From contig NW_019217828.1 of NCBI RefSeq assembly GCF_002571385.2, positions 437,743-501,742 of the forward strand: a DNA stretch of 64,000 nucleotides, given 5' to 3'. A program made the position numbers and the translations under genes. The notes under the pieces were generated by a model. The model made no database searches. It was not told where the DNA came from and saw only the letters and a list, made by a program, of their open reading frames with translations. Each line of letters begins with the position of its first letter. The first letter of the stretch is position 1. The DNA comes from Stylophora pistillata. Its lineage: Eukaryota. Shown here piece by piece: positions 62,240 to 64,000 of the stretch.

Positions 62240-62825
62240 AAATATTGGTGACCCTCTTACTCGTAACATCTCCCTTGTGGCAGCTATGGGTTGACTTGCA
62301 AGGTAACTAAGAGAATTAGGTTTTTCAACAGGATAACACCCCACCCGTCTCTTTTTTTTTTATTATTATCATTACTTATTTTCTGGATTTGAAACTTGGA
62401 TTGAATTTGTGAGAGGAAGTTGAAGTTTAGTTATTACTTGTGGGAGTTAAACGGTGAAATGAGGAAAGTGGTGACTGAGGGAATATCCCAACCCACGCTT
62501 CTCCACCCACGTACCAAGATTTTTAAGAACATTTTCCCCCACTAAGATTTTCATAAAATTGCTTCCTCCCTTTTTGCCAAAGTTTTTCGCATTATTTCTC
62601 CCTTGTTCTCAATTTGTTAGTCTCTTCTTTCTCTCTGCTCTGGTCCTCTTCCAAACGATAAATTTCTCCCCCAGGAGAACAGTGTTCCGGAAACGTCTTT
62701 CAATGGCCAAAAGATTGCAACTTGGGCCGCTCACCTTATATACAATACCAATAATTATTTATTATTTGATTTAACTTGACATTACTTTAAATGCGGAATT
62801 GGTCTCCTCTAGGGTCGGAGATTGT

Positions 62826-63232
62826 GTTTTGACACTTTTAATTGCAAATTTTACCTTGAAAAATCCCGCGGATGTTACAGCGCTTAGTTCCGGTTGTCGC
62901 CATGACTTTTGCTAAACCGTTGTATAGTTTACTGCATTAGTTACTGCATTTAAAAATTGCAGTTTGGACCAAACTCTCTGTTGAAGTGTACATCTTTTTT
63001 CTTAAAGAGCACGTAATATTGAATCAACCCAATGGTCGAATATCAGTTTTGACACTTCTGATTGCCAACTTTATCAAAAAAATCCTGCGTATGTTACAAT
63101 ATTTCGCTCCCGTTTTTGGCGTTACATTTCTTCAATCGTTCCTTTGTCTACTGCAAAAGTGACTCTCCTACTAAAAATCGTAGTTTGGACTTAACTCTCG
63201 ACAGAAGTATACATTTTTTTCCTTCTTAAAGA
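62826..63232. repeat. Degenerate direct duplication, period about 220 bp
   Basis: gttttgacactt..attgc..a.ttta and agtttggac..aactctc...cttaaagagc.cg each occur twice. Confidence 0.6.
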
Positions 63233-64000
63233 GCGCGCAGACCAAATATTCGGGAAAAAATTTGGCCACCAACCTGGCGCACATCATTGAAATTTTTCGA
63301 CTACGTATTGTAGTTCGAATTTTACGCAATTCCTCCGGTGACCTTTCTTATGGTGACGTCACATGTGGTGTAAAATCGTCCTCTTCCGAGGTAGACTTTA
63401 GCGGCTTAGAGAATTAAGTCCGTTGTCTAAATATTCAACAGTACAAATATTATCAGAAACGAGAATCTAACGAAATAGTGTTGTGCAATAGGTCACGTTA
63501 TTTTTACATTGTTTCCCGGAATTGATCAATTTTCTTCTAATTTACTTAATCGATTTTTCGTACTTCCTAAACTGGGACAAGCTTAAAACAAAAAGGTAAA
63601 GTCAGCGTGTTTATTGGGTTCATGATTGGATGGATGCGGTATAATTTTTCATAATTGTTCAATAATTTTTATAGCAGAAATAAAATTTAAAATTGCAAGC
63701 GGTCGTAAATGTATGATTTCTTGATAAGTGAATTCCTTGCTTTGGCATGCAGTGATTAGGGCTTAAAATCTGTTAAATCCGCCCCCTCAGTATGACCCTA
63801 GTGTAAATAAGCTGCTTTCAATTAGAATTTGCTGGTTTCCGATATCGTTGCGTGATGGCTTCCTTGTGTCACCAGGTTACCCGCCTCGTGCTTTTTTAAG
63901 CACGCGGTCCGCGCGTGGCTATCCCGATACACATTTATGACAACAGGGTGTGGAGCCCGAGTTTCGAGTGAAGATGTTCGGTGGACGTTATTTATTCGTT

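Overview
AT-rich, intron-containing animal DNA; the repeat families and gene set suggest a stony coral (inference). Several N gaps. Genes, rebuilt by hand from GT/AG sites: the 3' ten exons of nucleoporin NDC1 (+, 3739-21199, absent from the ORF track); two tail-to-tail mitochondrial-type creatine kinase paralogues (21741-23986 +, 26011-28892 -); an Erbin/LRRC7-type LRR-PDZ gene (30148-43304); an ADAP/FYB-like adaptor (46874-53088); a single histone quartet (H2B and H2A intact, H4 and H3 broken); and the 5' part of an unidentified gene (from about 59390). One 9.6-kb NDC1 intron holds a three-level nest. An APE-RT LINE with a 2A-like motif is split by a 4.85-kb P-element-family transposon (TIRs, 7-bp TSD), which in turn contains a Crypton-like fragment. 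The best novelty candidate is that the P element appears to carry two inward-facing genes: the THAP transposase, and an opposite-strand spliced gene for an acidic leader, a C2H2 finger and a transposase-C-terminus-like region. Each gene lies behind a copy of a 22-bp subterminal E-box repeat. The window also has Penelope remnants with hammerhead motifs, a tRNA-containing 250-bp tandem retroelement, SINEs, MITEs and minisatellites. All homology calls are from recalled motifs; no searches were run.
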